Shown here: piece after piece, positions 37,341 to 47,579 of the stretch | How the letters are laid out: every line of letters starts with the position of its first letter | Numbering within the stretch: the stretch's first letter is position 1 | DNA from: Deltaproteobacteria bacterium | GTDB lineage: Bacteria; Myxococcota_A; Polyangia; JAAYKL01 | Direction: 5' to 3' | NCBI GenBank assembly: GCA_029565915.1 | Contig: JAKQNG010000296.1 | Coordinates: forward strand, 38-64,037 | DNA: 64,000 nt | Made by a program: the position numbers and the translations under genes | The notes under the pieces: model-generated | The model's database searches: none | Told to the model about the DNA's origin: nothing | Seen by the model: only the letters and a program-made list of their open reading frames with translations

Positions 37341-38797
37341 TTTCCTCCACCTGCACAGCGTCCGTCGGAAACATTGCAGACGCCACTGATGCAGACCGGG
37401 TCATCCATGCAGAGAAATCCCTCTTCCAGGCCGCCGCGCACACAGCGGACAAATGCGTAGGCAAAGACCTTGAGCTTGGCGGACTCAACCCCGTCAGCAA
37501 AATCAATTCCGCGGGCATATTGGGGTAATGCGGCGTTGGTGGTGGACGACCAGAACATCGATTCGGTGGGTGTGGCCGGAAACAGCGTTTCATCCAGCCC
37601 GGCGTCCCTTCGACTGTGGTGGACAATGCTCCGCAGCTCGGTCACGTCGGGCAGTCGCCAGTCGGAAAATCCCCCGTGGGACAGGTCCGCGCAGTAATGA
37701 ATGGCGCCTTCATGGTCGAACGTGGCCGATGTGCCGGTGCATGCGGCGCCGGAGCGCCCGGCAACACATCCCTGCCACGAAAGGCCCGTCGCGCTGTCCT
37801 CCACCACCCGTCCCTCGGGCGGCGACAGCACGGTCCAGTGTCTGGCCGAGGCGGGCAGGCCGCTGATGCAGAGAATTTTTTTCAGTTGGGATTTCGGTGT
37901 GGAACCGGTTGTTCCGGTCGCCAGCGCCAGGCTCCACGCCGCGTTGACGGAAGCAACCGTTGTGGAAGACGACCAGTAGTACCCGCTGGACGATGCGGTG
38001 GGAAACGCGTCCGGGTTTACGGCCGGGTTGCTCACGCCCGGATTCACAAGGGAGTGCAGCTCGAACTCATCGGGCAATCGCCAGTCTGACCGTCCGCCCC
38101 ATTCCAGATCGGCACAATACATTACCGCGTCGCCCCATGTCCGGGTGTCGTCCATGCCGTTCGCACAGAGGCTTCCCGTACGCCCTGCCGGGCAACCCTG
38201 CCAGACCAGGCGGGTGACCGTGTCTTCCACTATCGGTTCTTCCGGCTCTGTTTCACTCCTCAGAAAGCGGGTTGCTGCTCCGTGCACAACGTCCCATCCC
38301 CATTCCGCGTCCTGTCCGGTAAGAATATCTCCGGGCGTCGCGCACGATATCGTCGAAGCATCGTTGTAGCAGATGCGCTGTCCCGTGTCCGGGAGCCGGA
38401 AATGAGGGCCCGGTGCGTTGCAAAGGGACGTGCCGCAACCAGGCGACTGACAGGTGCCGTCAATGCAGATGTCGTAGTCCCGGTCGGGAGCGGTGATGAT
38501 CCGGCACGGAGCGAAGTCGTCGATGTCGCTGCACTGCGTGTCCGTGTCCGCCGGTTCGTTGGAATCGGTATCCGTATCCAATCCGGTATCCGAATCTGAA
38601 TCGGTGTCCGCATCGGCATCTGTATCCGCGTCGGCGGCTGGTTCCGAATCACTGTCTGTGTCGGCGTCTGTGTCGGCGTCAGCCTCCGATGGCGTGTCCG
38701 TATCAAACGTCCGCATATCGGGCAGTTTCAGGTTTCCGCAGGCGGCAAAGAAGCAGCCCGCCGTCAATATCGTCCATGTGGCCGTTGTGTGCTGCAT
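37337..38797 (-). CDS. DUF1566 tandem-domain lipoprotein with C-terminal Cys motif
   Basis: FAAC lipobox, DADTD linker, two DWRLPD domains, CMDDPVCISGVC tail. Confidence 0.88.
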   Translation of the reverse strand: MQHTTATWTILTAGCFFAACGNLKLPDMRTFDTDTPSEADADTDADTDSDSEPAADADTDADADTDSDSDTGLDTDTDSNEPADTDTQCSDIDDFAPCRIITAPDRDYDICIDGTCQSPGCGTSLCNAPGPHFRLPDTGQRICYNDASTISCATPGDILTGQDAEWGWDVVHGAATRFLRSETEPEEPIVEDTVTRLVWQGCPAGRTGSLCANGMDDTRTWGDAVMYCADLEWGGRSDWRLPDEFELHSLVNPGVSNPAVNPDAFPTASSSGYYWSSSTTVASVNAAWSLALATGTTGSTPKSQLKKILCISGLPASARHWTVLSPPEGRVVEDSATGLSWQGCVAGRSGAACTGTSATFDHEGAIHYCADLSHGGFSDWRLPDVTELRSIVHHSRRDAGLDETLFPATPTESMFWSSTTNAALPQYARGIDFADGVESAKLKVFAYAFVRCVRGGLEEGFLCMDDPVCISGVCNVSDGRCAGGGK

Positions 38798-39897
38798 CAG
38801 AATGAAATTGTCACGCCTCCGGGAGCGGGAACGACGCGTGTCGCCGCATCCGGTTGTTCCTTCTTGTTGCGCGAGGCCACAAACAGGGCTGCCGCCGTCA
38901 CGGCGAAGGCGCTCGCCGCAATGCCCGAAACGAGTCCCACCGTGCGATTTCGATCATAGTGACTGAGGGCGGTCTGCATGTCCGACCATGCGGCATCGTA
39001 CCGGGCAACAAGATCCGGTTGCGGCGCATCCGGATTGATATCTTCTTCCACAGAGACGAACGTCTTGTTCGCCTCATTGAAATCCGTCCGGTTGCGTCCC
39101 GCCAGACCGTAAAACACCCCGCAGCCGATTCCTGCCACCACCGCCACTCCCGCGCTCACCCACGCGGCGATGCGCATTTTTTTCTGCTTTTCGACAGTCG
39201 CTCGTTGCTTTGCGGAATCCTGCGTGATCGTCGGCGCGGATGAAAAATCCGTGTTCTCCTGGGGCGGTGTCTGTGTCTGCGCAACCGGCAGCGGAGCTTC
39301 CTGCGCCGGCAGGGTCAGCACCACGGCAACTGTTTCCCGGGAAAGCACCTGCACCGTTTTCTCGATGTGCCGATCATCAATCGTCGCGGTTACCGTATGG
39401 CTTCCCGGATCCACCATGATTCGCAAAGGAAGCGGACTGTGTCCGGCTTCGCGACCGTCCACGGAAATCATCGCGCCGCCCGGATCCGAGGTCACTTCCA
39501 GAATCGCTACCAGATTGTTGATCTCCGCGCGCATCTTCTGCGCCGCGTCCTTCATCGCGTTATCGAGGACGTCGCCGAAATCCGCTTCCAGCCGATCGAG
39601 AGTTGTCAGGGCCTCGTTGTAGCGGGAGGTCACCTTGTACACGTTGGCCAGATTGAACACGCAGGTCTTTGTGGGATACAGGCGGTCGGAGGCTTCGAAT
39701 TCCATGGCCGCCGCGTCGTATTTTTCGGCTTTGAACAAGGACAGAGCAGCCTTGAAGTGTTTCTGGGATTCGTCTTTTACGGCGCTTGAATCTGCCGTCG
39801 CAAGGGAAGTTTCCTGACAGATACCCGCAGCGCCACAAAGCAGACACAGCAGCGCGACCGTCGCGCCGATCCGTCGTGACCAGGTGTTTTGTTTCAT
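38797..39897 (-). CDS. TPR + PEGA domain membrane protein
   Basis: Signal peptide, TPR (HFKAALSLFKAEKYDAA..FNLA), PEGA (VTSDPGGAMISVDG..PGSHTV), C-terminal TM segments. Confidence 0.85.
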   Translation of the reverse strand: MKQNTWSRRIGATVALLCLLCGAAGICQETSLATADSSAVKDESQKHFKAALSLFKAEKYDAAAMEFEASDRLYPTKTCVFNLANVYKVTSRYNEALTTLDRLEADFGDVLDNAMKDAAQKMRAEINNLVAILEVTSDPGGAMISVDGREAGHSPLPLRIMVDPGSHTVTATIDDRHIEKTVQVLSRETVAVVLTLPAQEAPLPVAQTQTPPQENTDFSSAPTITQDSAKQRATVEKQKKMRIAAWVSAGVAVVAGIGCGVFYGLAGRNRTDFNEANKTFVSVEEDINPDAPQPDLVARYDAAWSDMQTALSHYDRNRTVGLVSGIAASAFAVTAAALFVASRNKKEQPDAATRVVPAPGGVTISF

Positions 39898-41420
39898 TCG
39901 AACTCCTCGGAAATCATGGCGCCGCGGCGATCTTCCCGAATCGTCGATCCGGTGGCGGCTTTTTTCCCTCCGTCCGCGCGGGTCGGACGGGAGGGCTTGC
40001 GCACGGGTTGCACGGCCGGATCCGCAGAAACGGGCTCCTCGTTCAGGAGCGGCTTCCACACGGCTTCCACAGTCAGGTTCTTTTCGGGAATCACGGAGAT
40101 GACAAACGGTTCCATGCCATCCGCTTCCACGCGCAGAGGAACGATGGTGGCTCCCTTTTTCACGCGGAATGGATTCATCGGCACCGGCGCGCCATCATAC
40201 AGAATGCGTCCGCCTTCGGGTACATGGCGCACGTCGATCTGCACGCCTTCTGTCTCCGGAGATGGAGAAACGGCTGGCATGGGAACGACGGCCGGTTCCA
40301 TCCGATCGCCCCCGACCCCCATGAGCGCAAATGCCACCGCACCGCCGATGAGCACTGCCGCTGCAATGCTGATGAGGATGGGTTTGCGGACACGGGTGAT
40401 TTTTGTGCCGGTCCATTCACCGGAGCGGGACTTGATCAGGTCCGCCAGAACGCTCGATGCGGACGATCCTTCGCTCGGTTTTTCAGATCCGCCGATGTCG
40501 CCACCGGCCACTTCTGTCCGGATCTGCGTGGCGAGCATGAACATGCCCGACTCCCGGTTGTTGAACGCCTGGAGTTTTTTCAGCTCATTGAGCATCTCCT
40601 GCGCGCTCTGACAGCGATCCGCCGGATCCTTGGAGAGCTGGCGACGAACCAGGGCATCCACCTCCGGCGGTACCCCGGGATGGGTCTGCCGCAGGGATTG
40701 CGGCTCATCGTGCATGATGCTGACAAGCAGCATGTTGTAGTTATCGCCCCGGAACGGCAGATAGCCGGTGAGCATCTCGTAGAGAATGACCCCCATGGCG
40801 TAAATGTCCGTTCGGTGATCCACACTCATTCCCTTTGCCTGTTCCGGCGACATGTACGCCGGCGTGCCCAGCAGGGTTCCCGTGCGGGTGAGCCGGGTGC
40901 TGTCCTTCGGCTGTGCCATCTTGGAAATGCCGAAATCGATGAGCTTCACCGTTGGAGGGCCCGATTCGTTGCGCACAAGAAAAATATTCGCGGGCTTCAG
41001 ATCCCGGTGAACGACGCCCTTTTCGTGGGCCGCACCGAGGGCCAGCAGGGCCGGCTCCAGAACGCCGCAGGCGGTTTCGATGCTGACAGGTCCCGTGCGT
41101 GTGAGCATGCTGTCAAGATCTTCACCTTCGAGATACTCCATCACCATGTAGGGCTCGTTGCGCGAAGTGACCCCCACATCCATGATGTCGATGATATTCC
41201 GATGGCCGATGGCGGCCGCGGTCTGGGCCTCCCGGTAGAAGCGTTTCAGCACGTCCCCGTCCGTGGCGAATTCCGCGTGCAGCAGCTTGACGGCCACGCG
41301 TTTTCCCACCACCAGATGACGACCTTCGTAAACGGCACCCATCCCGCCACGCCCGAGCAGACGGACAAGGACATATCTCTCGTCAAGTGTTTCGCCCGAA
41401 TAATCGACGTCGTTTGTCAT
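39894..41420 (-). CDS. membrane Ser/Thr protein kinase
   Basis: GRGGMGAV, AVKLL, HRDLKPAN, DFG, GTPAYMSPEQ, TM, PEGA-like extracytoplasmic part. Confidence 0.93.
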   Translation of the reverse strand: MTNDVDYSGETLDERYVLVRLLGRGGMGAVYEGRHLVVGKRVAVKLLHAEFATDGDVLKRFYREAQTAAAIGHRNIIDIMDVGVTSRNEPYMVMEYLEGEDLDSMLTRTGPVSIETACGVLEPALLALGAAHEKGVVHRDLKPANIFLVRNESGPPTVKLIDFGISKMAQPKDSTRLTRTGTLLGTPAYMSPEQAKGMSVDHRTDIYAMGVILYEMLTGYLPFRGDNYNMLLVSIMHDEPQSLRQTHPGVPPEVDALVRRQLSKDPADRCQSAQEMLNELKKLQAFNNRESGMFMLATQIRTEVAGGDIGGSEKPSEGSSASSVLADLIKSRSGEWTGTKITRVRKPILISIAAAVLIGGAVAFALMGVGGDRMEPAVVPMPAVSPSPETEGVQIDVRHVPEGGRILYDGAPVPMNPFRVKKGATIVPLRVEADGMEPFVISVIPEKNLTVEAVWKPLLNEEPVSADPAVQPVRKPSRPTRADGGKKAATGSTIREDRRGAMISEEFE

Positions 41421-41563
41421 TGAACAGGCCCTTCGCGCATGCAACCGCACATCAATGGGTTTAACGGGACATGCAAAAAGTGTACTTCCTGTGATGGCAA
41501 TGTCAAACGGCTGACGACAATTCCAGCCTCGCATGTGAACGGTCTCCGTGATATGTGTTCGAC

Positions 41564-44191
41564 ATGTTTCACCGAGGAATCCTTCTGATCCTGCTCTGTA
41601 TTGTCGCCTTGCCCGCCGCGGCACAGGAACCGGACCCGAACGCGACACCTTCTTCCCCGGACGATCTGGTTCCTCCTTCGCTCATCGAATATGTGGAGGC
41701 CACCTATCCCGAAGAGGCGCGCAAAAAGGGTGTGCAGGCGCAGGTGCTCGCGCAGATCAGCGTGGATGAAACGGGCGTGGTCACGGGCGTGGCGGTGGTG
41801 GAGTCGGCGGGAAAATCCTTTGACGACGCGGCGAAGGAGGCGATGTACCAGTTCCTGTTTACGCCGGCCACAAAGGGCGGCGAACCGGTTCCTTCAAAAG
41901 TTCTTTACCGCTACACGTTTTTTCTGACACCGGAGGCCGTCCCTCCGGACGAAGTGACGGAACCGCTGCCCGCGGTACTGAAGGGCGTTGTCCGGGACAT
42001 GGATGGACAGCCGGTGCCCGGAAGTGTCGTTTTACTCGTGGCAGCGGATGGCAGCGCACAGGAAAACTCCGCCGGCCTTCGCGCGGTGGCAGATGACAGC
42101 GGCGCCTTCGCGTTTGACAGCCTGCCTGCCGGCGCCTGGCAGCTCGACATCGTCGCACCCGGCTACCAGCCCCTTTCTTCGCAGGAAATCCTCGAAGAAG
42201 GGGAGTTGCGCGAAGTGCTGCTGCGCCTCGACGAAGAGACGAGCGACTACGAAACCGTCGTGCGGGCGCGCAAGCCGCCGAGGGAAGTGACCCGGCGCGA
42301 AATTACCCGGCGCGAAATCACCCGCATTCCGGGCACCGGTGGCGACGCCCTGCGCTCCGTGCAGAATCTGCCCGGCATGTCCCGGGCACCGGCCTTCAGC
42401 GGACAGCTCCTCGTCCGGGGCAGCGCGCCCGAAGACTCAAAATATTTCTTCGACCAGATGCCCATTCCCATGCTGTACCACTTCGGCGGGCTCACCTCGG
42501 TCATCAATTCGGACCTGCTCGACCGCATCGATTTTTATCCGGGCAACTACTCCGTGCGGTACGGCGGCGCCACGGGCGGCATCGTGGATGTCTATCCCCG
42601 CGCACCGGCCACCGATCGATTTCACGGCTATGTGGACGCGGACCTGTGGGATGCCTCCGTCCTCGTTGAAACCCCCATCGGCGACAAATGGTCCATCGCC
42701 GTGTCCGCGAGGCGCAGTTACATCGACGCCATCCTGAACGCCGTCATGCCCGAGGAGGGCGGCTTTCAGTTCACCGTGGCGCCCCGCTACTGGGACTATC
42801 AGCTGGTGGCGGACTACCATCCCCATCACCGCGACAACCTGCGCCTGTTCGTCTTCGGATCGGACGACAAGGCCATCTTCCTGTTCGGCAATCAGGTGGT
42901 CGGCAATCCCACCTTTACCGGCGGCATCACTTTCCACACCCTGTTCCATCAGGCCCAGCTGCGCTGGGAGCATCGCTTCAACCGCCATCTGACCAATGAG
43001 GCGAATATCGGCTTCGGCTACCAGGAAAGCGACAGTGCCGTGGGTGACCTGTTCCGGTTTGACACATGGGGTGTGCCGGTGTTTGTGCGCGACGAGTTCG
43101 AGTGGACGGCGGCCCGGCAGTTCATCCTGCGCATCGGCGTAGACACGCAGATGTACGGCTCGAAGTGGAACATCGTCTCCGCCACGGCCCTGCCCACGGA
43201 GGGCCAGCCCATGGATCCCATTGTGGCCGGCGGTGAACCGTTCACCTCCGACGGGAGCGGCTGGTTCATGTGGCCCGCCCTGTACGCGGAAGGTGAAGTG
43301 ATTCCCCTGCCCGACCTGCGGATCATCCCCGGCCTGCGGCTCGCCTGGTTCGATCAGATCCATCGCTTCGGCTTCGATCCGCGGCTCGTCGTGCGCTGGA
43401 AACTCCTTCGCCACACCACCGCCAAGGCGGGCGTCGGCCTGTTTCACCAGGCCCCCAACACCGCCGTGTCCGACCCCGAATTCGGCAATCCGGACCTGAA
43501 GCTGACAAAGGCCGTGCATTACAGTGCGGGCCTGGAACACGAAATTTCTCCCGTCATCGACATCGGCATGGAGGGTTTCTACAAGCAGATTTTCGATCTG
43601 GTGGTGCCCGGCGAAAGCGGCGACAGCCAGATCCTCGGCGGCGGCGCGCTGCAGGGACCGCGCTATACCAACGAAGGGAAAGGCACCGTGTACGGGTTTG
43701 AGCTGCTGCTGCGCCATCGACCCACGGACCGATTCTTCGGCTGGGTCAGTTACACGTTCATGCAGAGCACCCGCATCGATCGGGCGGGCGAACCGCGGCG
43801 GCCCTTCGATTTCGATCAGACCCACATCCTCACCGTGGTGGCGAACCTGGTGCTGGGCCGCGGCTGGGAGGCCGGGGTGCGCTTCCGACTGGTGACCGGC
43901 AATCCCGACACGCCCGTTACGGGCGCCGTGTTTGACGCGGACTCGGATTCCTACTGGCCCGTGTACGGACCCGTCAACTCGGACCGGTTGCCGGCCTTCC
44001 ACCAGCTCGATGTAAGGGTGGACAAAATCTGGACATTCAAACACCTGCAGTACTCGGTCTATGTGGACGTGCAGAACGTGTACAACCACAAAAACGTGGA
44101 AGGCTACGACTACGCCTACGACTACTCGGACAAGGTGTATTTCTACGGACTGCCCATTCTGCCCAGCGTGGGAATGAAACTCGAATATTGA
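41564..44191 (+). CDS. TonB-dependent receptor with N-terminal TonB_C and carboxypeptidase-regulatory-like domains
   Basis: YPEEARKKG..FDDAA..FTPA; plug IPGTGGDALRSVQNLPG, YGGATGG; barrel FDQTH, LDVRVDK, NVYN. Confidence 0.92.
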   Translation: MFHRGILLILLCIVALPAAAQEPDPNATPSSPDDLVPPSLIEYVEATYPEEARKKGVQAQVLAQISVDETGVVTGVAVVESAGKSFDDAAKEAMYQFLFTPATKGGEPVPSKVLYRYTFFLTPEAVPPDEVTEPLPAVLKGVVRDMDGQPVPGSVVLLVAADGSAQENSAGLRAVADDSGAFAFDSLPAGAWQLDIVAPGYQPLSSQEILEEGELREVLLRLDEETSDYETVVRARKPPREVTRREITRREITRIPGTGGDALRSVQNLPGMSRAPAFSGQLLVRGSAPEDSKYFFDQMPIPMLYHFGGLTSVINSDLLDRIDFYPGNYSVRYGGATGGIVDVYPRAPATDRFHGYVDADLWDASVLVETPIGDKWSIAVSARRSYIDAILNAVMPEEGGFQFTVAPRYWDYQLVADYHPHHRDNLRLFVFGSDDKAIFLFGNQVVGNPTFTGGITFHTLFHQAQLRWEHRFNRHLTNEANIGFGYQESDSAVGDLFRFDTWGVPVFVRDEFEWTAARQFILRIGVDTQMYGSKWNIVSATALPTEGQPMDPIVAGGEPFTSDGSGWFMWPALYAEGEVIPLPDLRIIPGLRLAWFDQIHRFGFDPRLVVRWKLLRHTTAKAGVGLFHQAPNTAVSDPEFGNPDLKLTKAVHYSAGLEHEISPVIDIGMEGFYKQIFDLVVPGESGDSQILGGGALQGPRYTNEGKGTVYGFELLLRHRPTDRFFGWVSYTFMQSTRIDRAGEPRRPFDFDQTHILTVVANLVLGRGWEAGVRFRLVTGNPDTPVTGAVFDADSDSYWPVYGPVNSDRLPAFHQLDVRVDKIWTFKHLQYSVYVDVQNVYNHKNVEGYDYAYDYSDKVYFYGLPILPSVGMKLEY

Positions 44192-44201
44192 AAGGACTGC
44201 C

Positions 44202-45497
44202 ATGACCACCATCCTGATCCGCAACGGCCGGGTCATCGATCCGTCCTGTGGAAAGGACGCCATCGCCGATCTGTTCATTGAAGACGGGCAGATCGTCGGC
44301 ACACCTTCCCTGTCCCCTTCCACCATCATCGATGCAGCGGGCCTCTGGGTGGTTCCGGGCCTCATCGACGTCCACGTGCACCTGCGGGAGCCGGGCGCTG
44401 AACACAAGGAGACCATCGAGACCGGCACCGCCGCTGCGGCCGCCGGCGGCTTCACCACGGTCATTGCCATGCCCAATACGACCCCCTGCGCGGACAACCC
44501 CGACGTGTTGAAAATGGTCATGGAAAAGGCGGCCTCTCTTGGCGGCACGCGGGTGATTCAATCCTGCGCCATCACCGTGGGACGTCGCGGCGAGCAGGTG
44601 GTCGACATGGCCGCCATCAAAAAGGAGACGGGCGTTTTCGTTTTTACCGACGACGGCGACGGCGTGGAGAGCGACGCCGTCATGGAAGACGCGCTGTGCA
44701 GGGCGGTGCCGCTTTGCGCAATTCTCAGCCAGCATTCCGAATTCGCACGCATTTCAAAAAAGGCGGCACTCCATGAAGGCGAAGTGTCTGCCGTGTTGAA
44801 GCTCGCCGGCCAGCCCGTGGCCTCGGAATATGAGATGGTGGCGCGGGACATCGCTCTGGTAAAGAAGACCGGTGGACGCCTGCACGTCAGCCATATCTCC
44901 AGCGCTGAGGCCATCGATGCGGTCCGGCGGGCCAGGGAGGAGGGCCTGCCCGTCACCGCGGAAGTCACCCCCCATCATCTGCACCTGACGGACGACACCG
45001 TGGGCGAGGCCGGCACCATGGCCAAGGTCGCCCCACCCCTGCGGCCACTCCACCACGTGGAAGCCTGTCGCGCGGCTCTGGCGGACGGCACCATTGACGT
45101 CATTGCCACGGATCACGCGCCCCACACCATTGCAGACAAGGCGGGCAGCATGGAGAAGGCGTCCTTCGGCATGGTGGGGCTCGAAATCGCGGTTCCCATG
45201 ATTCTCGCGCTGGTCAAAGACAATGTCCTTACGCCATCGCGGATGATCGACGCCATGAGCTGTGCGCCGGCCCGGATCTTCGGTATTCCCGGCGGCACGC
45301 TGGCGCCCGGCGCCGCAGCGGACATTACGCTCATCGATCCGGACGATCCGTTTGACATCGATCCGCGCACCTTCCGGTCCAAGGGAATCAACACGCCGTT
45401 TGCGGGATATCACGCAACCGGTCGCGCCGTCTGCACCATCGTGGGCGGGCGGATCATCTACCGGACCGGCCGGGCTGCGCAGACACCCGGAAGTTGA
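44202..45497 (+). CDS. pyrC: dihydroorotase (type I)
   Basis: DVHVHLREPG, MPNT, EVTPHH, PPLR, ATDHAPH. Confidence 0.93.
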   Translation: MTTILIRNGRVIDPSCGKDAIADLFIEDGQIVGTPSLSPSTIIDAAGLWVVPGLIDVHVHLREPGAEHKETIETGTAAAAAGGFTTVIAMPNTTPCADNPDVLKMVMEKAASLGGTRVIQSCAITVGRRGEQVVDMAAIKKETGVFVFTDDGDGVESDAVMEDALCRAVPLCAILSQHSEFARISKKAALHEGEVSAVLKLAGQPVASEYEMVARDIALVKKTGGRLHVSHISSAEAIDAVRRAREEGLPVTAEVTPHHLHLTDDTVGEAGTMAKVAPPLRPLHHVEACRAALADGTIDVIATDHAPHTIADKAGSMEKASFGMVGLEIAVPMILALVKDNVLTPSRMIDAMSCAPARIFGIPGGTLAPGAAADITLIDPDDPFDIDPRTFRSKGINTPFAGYHATGRAVCTIVGGRIIYRTGRAAQTPGS

Positions 45498-45572
45498 AAT
45501 CGCTCCTGTCGCATGGGAATCGACCCTGTTGCGGCAATTGACGTTTCGAGGCATTCCCACTAAATTGTCCCT

Positions 45573-45821
45573 GTGGCCATTATCGCAGATCAGCTTTCTC
45601 CCCTTCTGTTCTGGGACGTTGCCCCGGAGTCCTTTTACTGGGAGCAGCATCGTCGCTGGTTGGTGCAGCGCGTGCTGGAACGAGGCAGATGGGAAGACTG
45701 GTTGCTGGTCAGTTCCGAACTCTCCTCAGATGAAATTCGAAAACTGGAACCCTCCTTGAAACTGGCACCCCGGGAGCGCCGGTTCCTGTCGATCTGGTTG
45801 CAACGCAACAATGCACACTGA
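45573..45821 (+). CDS. DUF6922-like small protein
   Basis: LFWDV..VQRVLERG.WEDW motif. Confidence 0.75.
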   Translation: MAIIADQLSPLLFWDVAPESFYWEQHRRWLVQRVLERGRWEDWLLVSSELSSDEIRKLEPSLKLAPRERRFLSIWLQRNNAH

Positions 45822-45909
45822 ACCGGTCACGAAGGATGAGATGGAGATTCTGGCAACGGAACTTATTCAGAGAGCTTGAGGTCCGGCCTGTCACGGATGC
45901 CGGGGCCAG

Positions 45910-47577
45910 CTACGGCTGCGAGGGAATGGAAACCGGCAGCAGATTCAGATGCAGTTCGTTATTCTGGTTCTGAGACGGCGTGCAACCGTGTTTGTGAAAA
46001 ATGGTCTTATGCTCTTCGTCATATTCGAAGGGGTGGCGGGTGTAGGGATTGCGAAGGTTCCCGGGAGATTTCGAAAGGAAGCTTTCAATATCTGCCGGAG
46101 GGACTGTTTCAGTAATGTATCTGATTTTCAAGATGACAAGCCGACGTACAATCTCTGCAGTGACCACCCTGTGGTAGTACTTCTGCAATGCTGGAAGAGA
46201 CACTTTCAGCGAAATCACGCCAATGAAATTCTGCGCCGTATCCATAACCCCGAAGTCCAGTTCGGACATTACGCAATTGCCGTTGTCGTCAAACTCGGCC
46301 AGTGGCATCTGGCTGACACTTCCCAATTTTTTGAAGAAGGGGAAACTGAGTTCCGTTGCATGATTCGGCTTGAAAAGAATCTGCCTGGCAGGCAACACCG
46401 GGTTTTTCAATGCTTTCATTTCTTCAATCACACCGACATGCATGGCGTGGTACAGGGCAGCGAATTCCTGCCTGAACGATTTTTTCATCGACAATTCATC
46501 AGGCGAAAATGGGCGAAGCAGGTAGTGGAATCCGGAAATATGGGAATGGAACTCCGGGTTATCCAGAAAGCGGGATAACTGGTAAACGCTCGCTGCCCAG
46601 GTGGCTACTGCGATCATTTTCAGCATGAGGGTGTCTGCCATTGACAGCAGACGGCGACTGAATCCCAGTTGTCGTTTCAATAGAGCAACTGCCTCTTCGA
46701 CCTTTCCATCATGCAACAGCGTTTCAGCGTAGAACAACAGAAGTTTGTTGCCGGATATCAGTGGCGACAGCCGCAGGTCTTCCATTTCAGGAAGCAGCGG
46801 AAACGGCGTATGCCAGCGCGAAAACCTCTGGAGAGATAGATACCGTTCGATTGCGTCCTGATTCTGCTGGAAGAGACTGCGTATTTTTTCCTGTTCTTTC
46901 GGGCACAGAAAAGAGGCGCGATTTGTATCGAGGCGATTCAGAAAATCCTGATCTCGTTTTTTGAAATTCCCGAAAACCGGAAAGTCAGAATCGAAAATCT
47001 CAGTCTGGTATGCCTCCAGACCACTCCAATCTCCACGCCGGATGAAATCTCTGGATATTTGGGACACTTGAACTCCATATTCCGCATCTCCTGTCGTCGA
47101 ATCTGTCTGTCCGAATCCCATCACCGCATACAGCATATTGCTCGCGGGTTCCTTATCCTCCGCTATCTGCATGAAGGATTCAGCATCCCGGGAAAGCGCG
47201 CGGTCCGGGAATATCCAGTTCCACCAGGTGGCACAGAAGAATCCAACCATCACCGAGTTCGCAAGAACACGCAGATATGGCGCTTTCATCCTCTTGCGGA
47301 TTGCAGCATAGCCGACACCAGCTGCCGCAACAGCGGCAACGGCTGCAATGTAGTTGAGATAAGGCTGTTGTTCCGCTGTCCTGTTGAGAATGAACAGCGC
47401 AAGATAGCCGGTGCCGGACAGAGAAAAGACCGTTACAATTGCACTCTTCATCGAAACGGCATCCCGGGGCGGCACGAGCCTGGATATGAGTACAACCAAC
47501 GAAGGACCAACGATGAAGAGCCACGTGACAATCAGTCCGCCGTGCAGTCCCACCGCCATCTCGAAGGTTTCTGTCAT
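45910..47577 (-). CDS. hypothetical membrane protein, lower GC
   Basis: Long ORF, ~4 N-terminal TM, C-terminal NPYT.PFEY motif; AT-richer codons. Confidence 0.75.
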   Translation of the reverse strand: MTETFEMAVGLHGGLIVTWLFIVGPSLVVLISRLVPPRDAVSMKSAIVTVFSLSGTGYLALFILNRTAEQQPYLNYIAAVAAVAAAGVGYAAIRKRMKAPYLRVLANSVMVGFFCATWWNWIFPDRALSRDAESFMQIAEDKEPASNMLYAVMGFGQTDSTTGDAEYGVQVSQISRDFIRRGDWSGLEAYQTEIFDSDFPVFGNFKKRDQDFLNRLDTNRASFLCPKEQEKIRSLFQQNQDAIERYLSLQRFSRWHTPFPLLPEMEDLRLSPLISGNKLLLFYAETLLHDGKVEEAVALLKRQLGFSRRLLSMADTLMLKMIAVATWAASVYQLSRFLDNPEFHSHISGFHYLLRPFSPDELSMKKSFRQEFAALYHAMHVGVIEEMKALKNPVLPARQILFKPNHATELSFPFFKKLGSVSQMPLAEFDDNGNCVMSELDFGVMDTAQNFIGVISLKVSLPALQKYYHRVVTAEIVRRLVILKIRYITETVPPADIESFLSKSPGNLRNPYTRHPFEYDEEHKTIFHKHGCTPSQNQNNELHLNLLPVSIPSQP

Positions 47578-47579
47578 TT

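Noticed and set aside
34657-38797. Complete diversity-generating retroelement
   Set aside because: No reverse transcriptase or adenine-mismatched template repeat seen in this window
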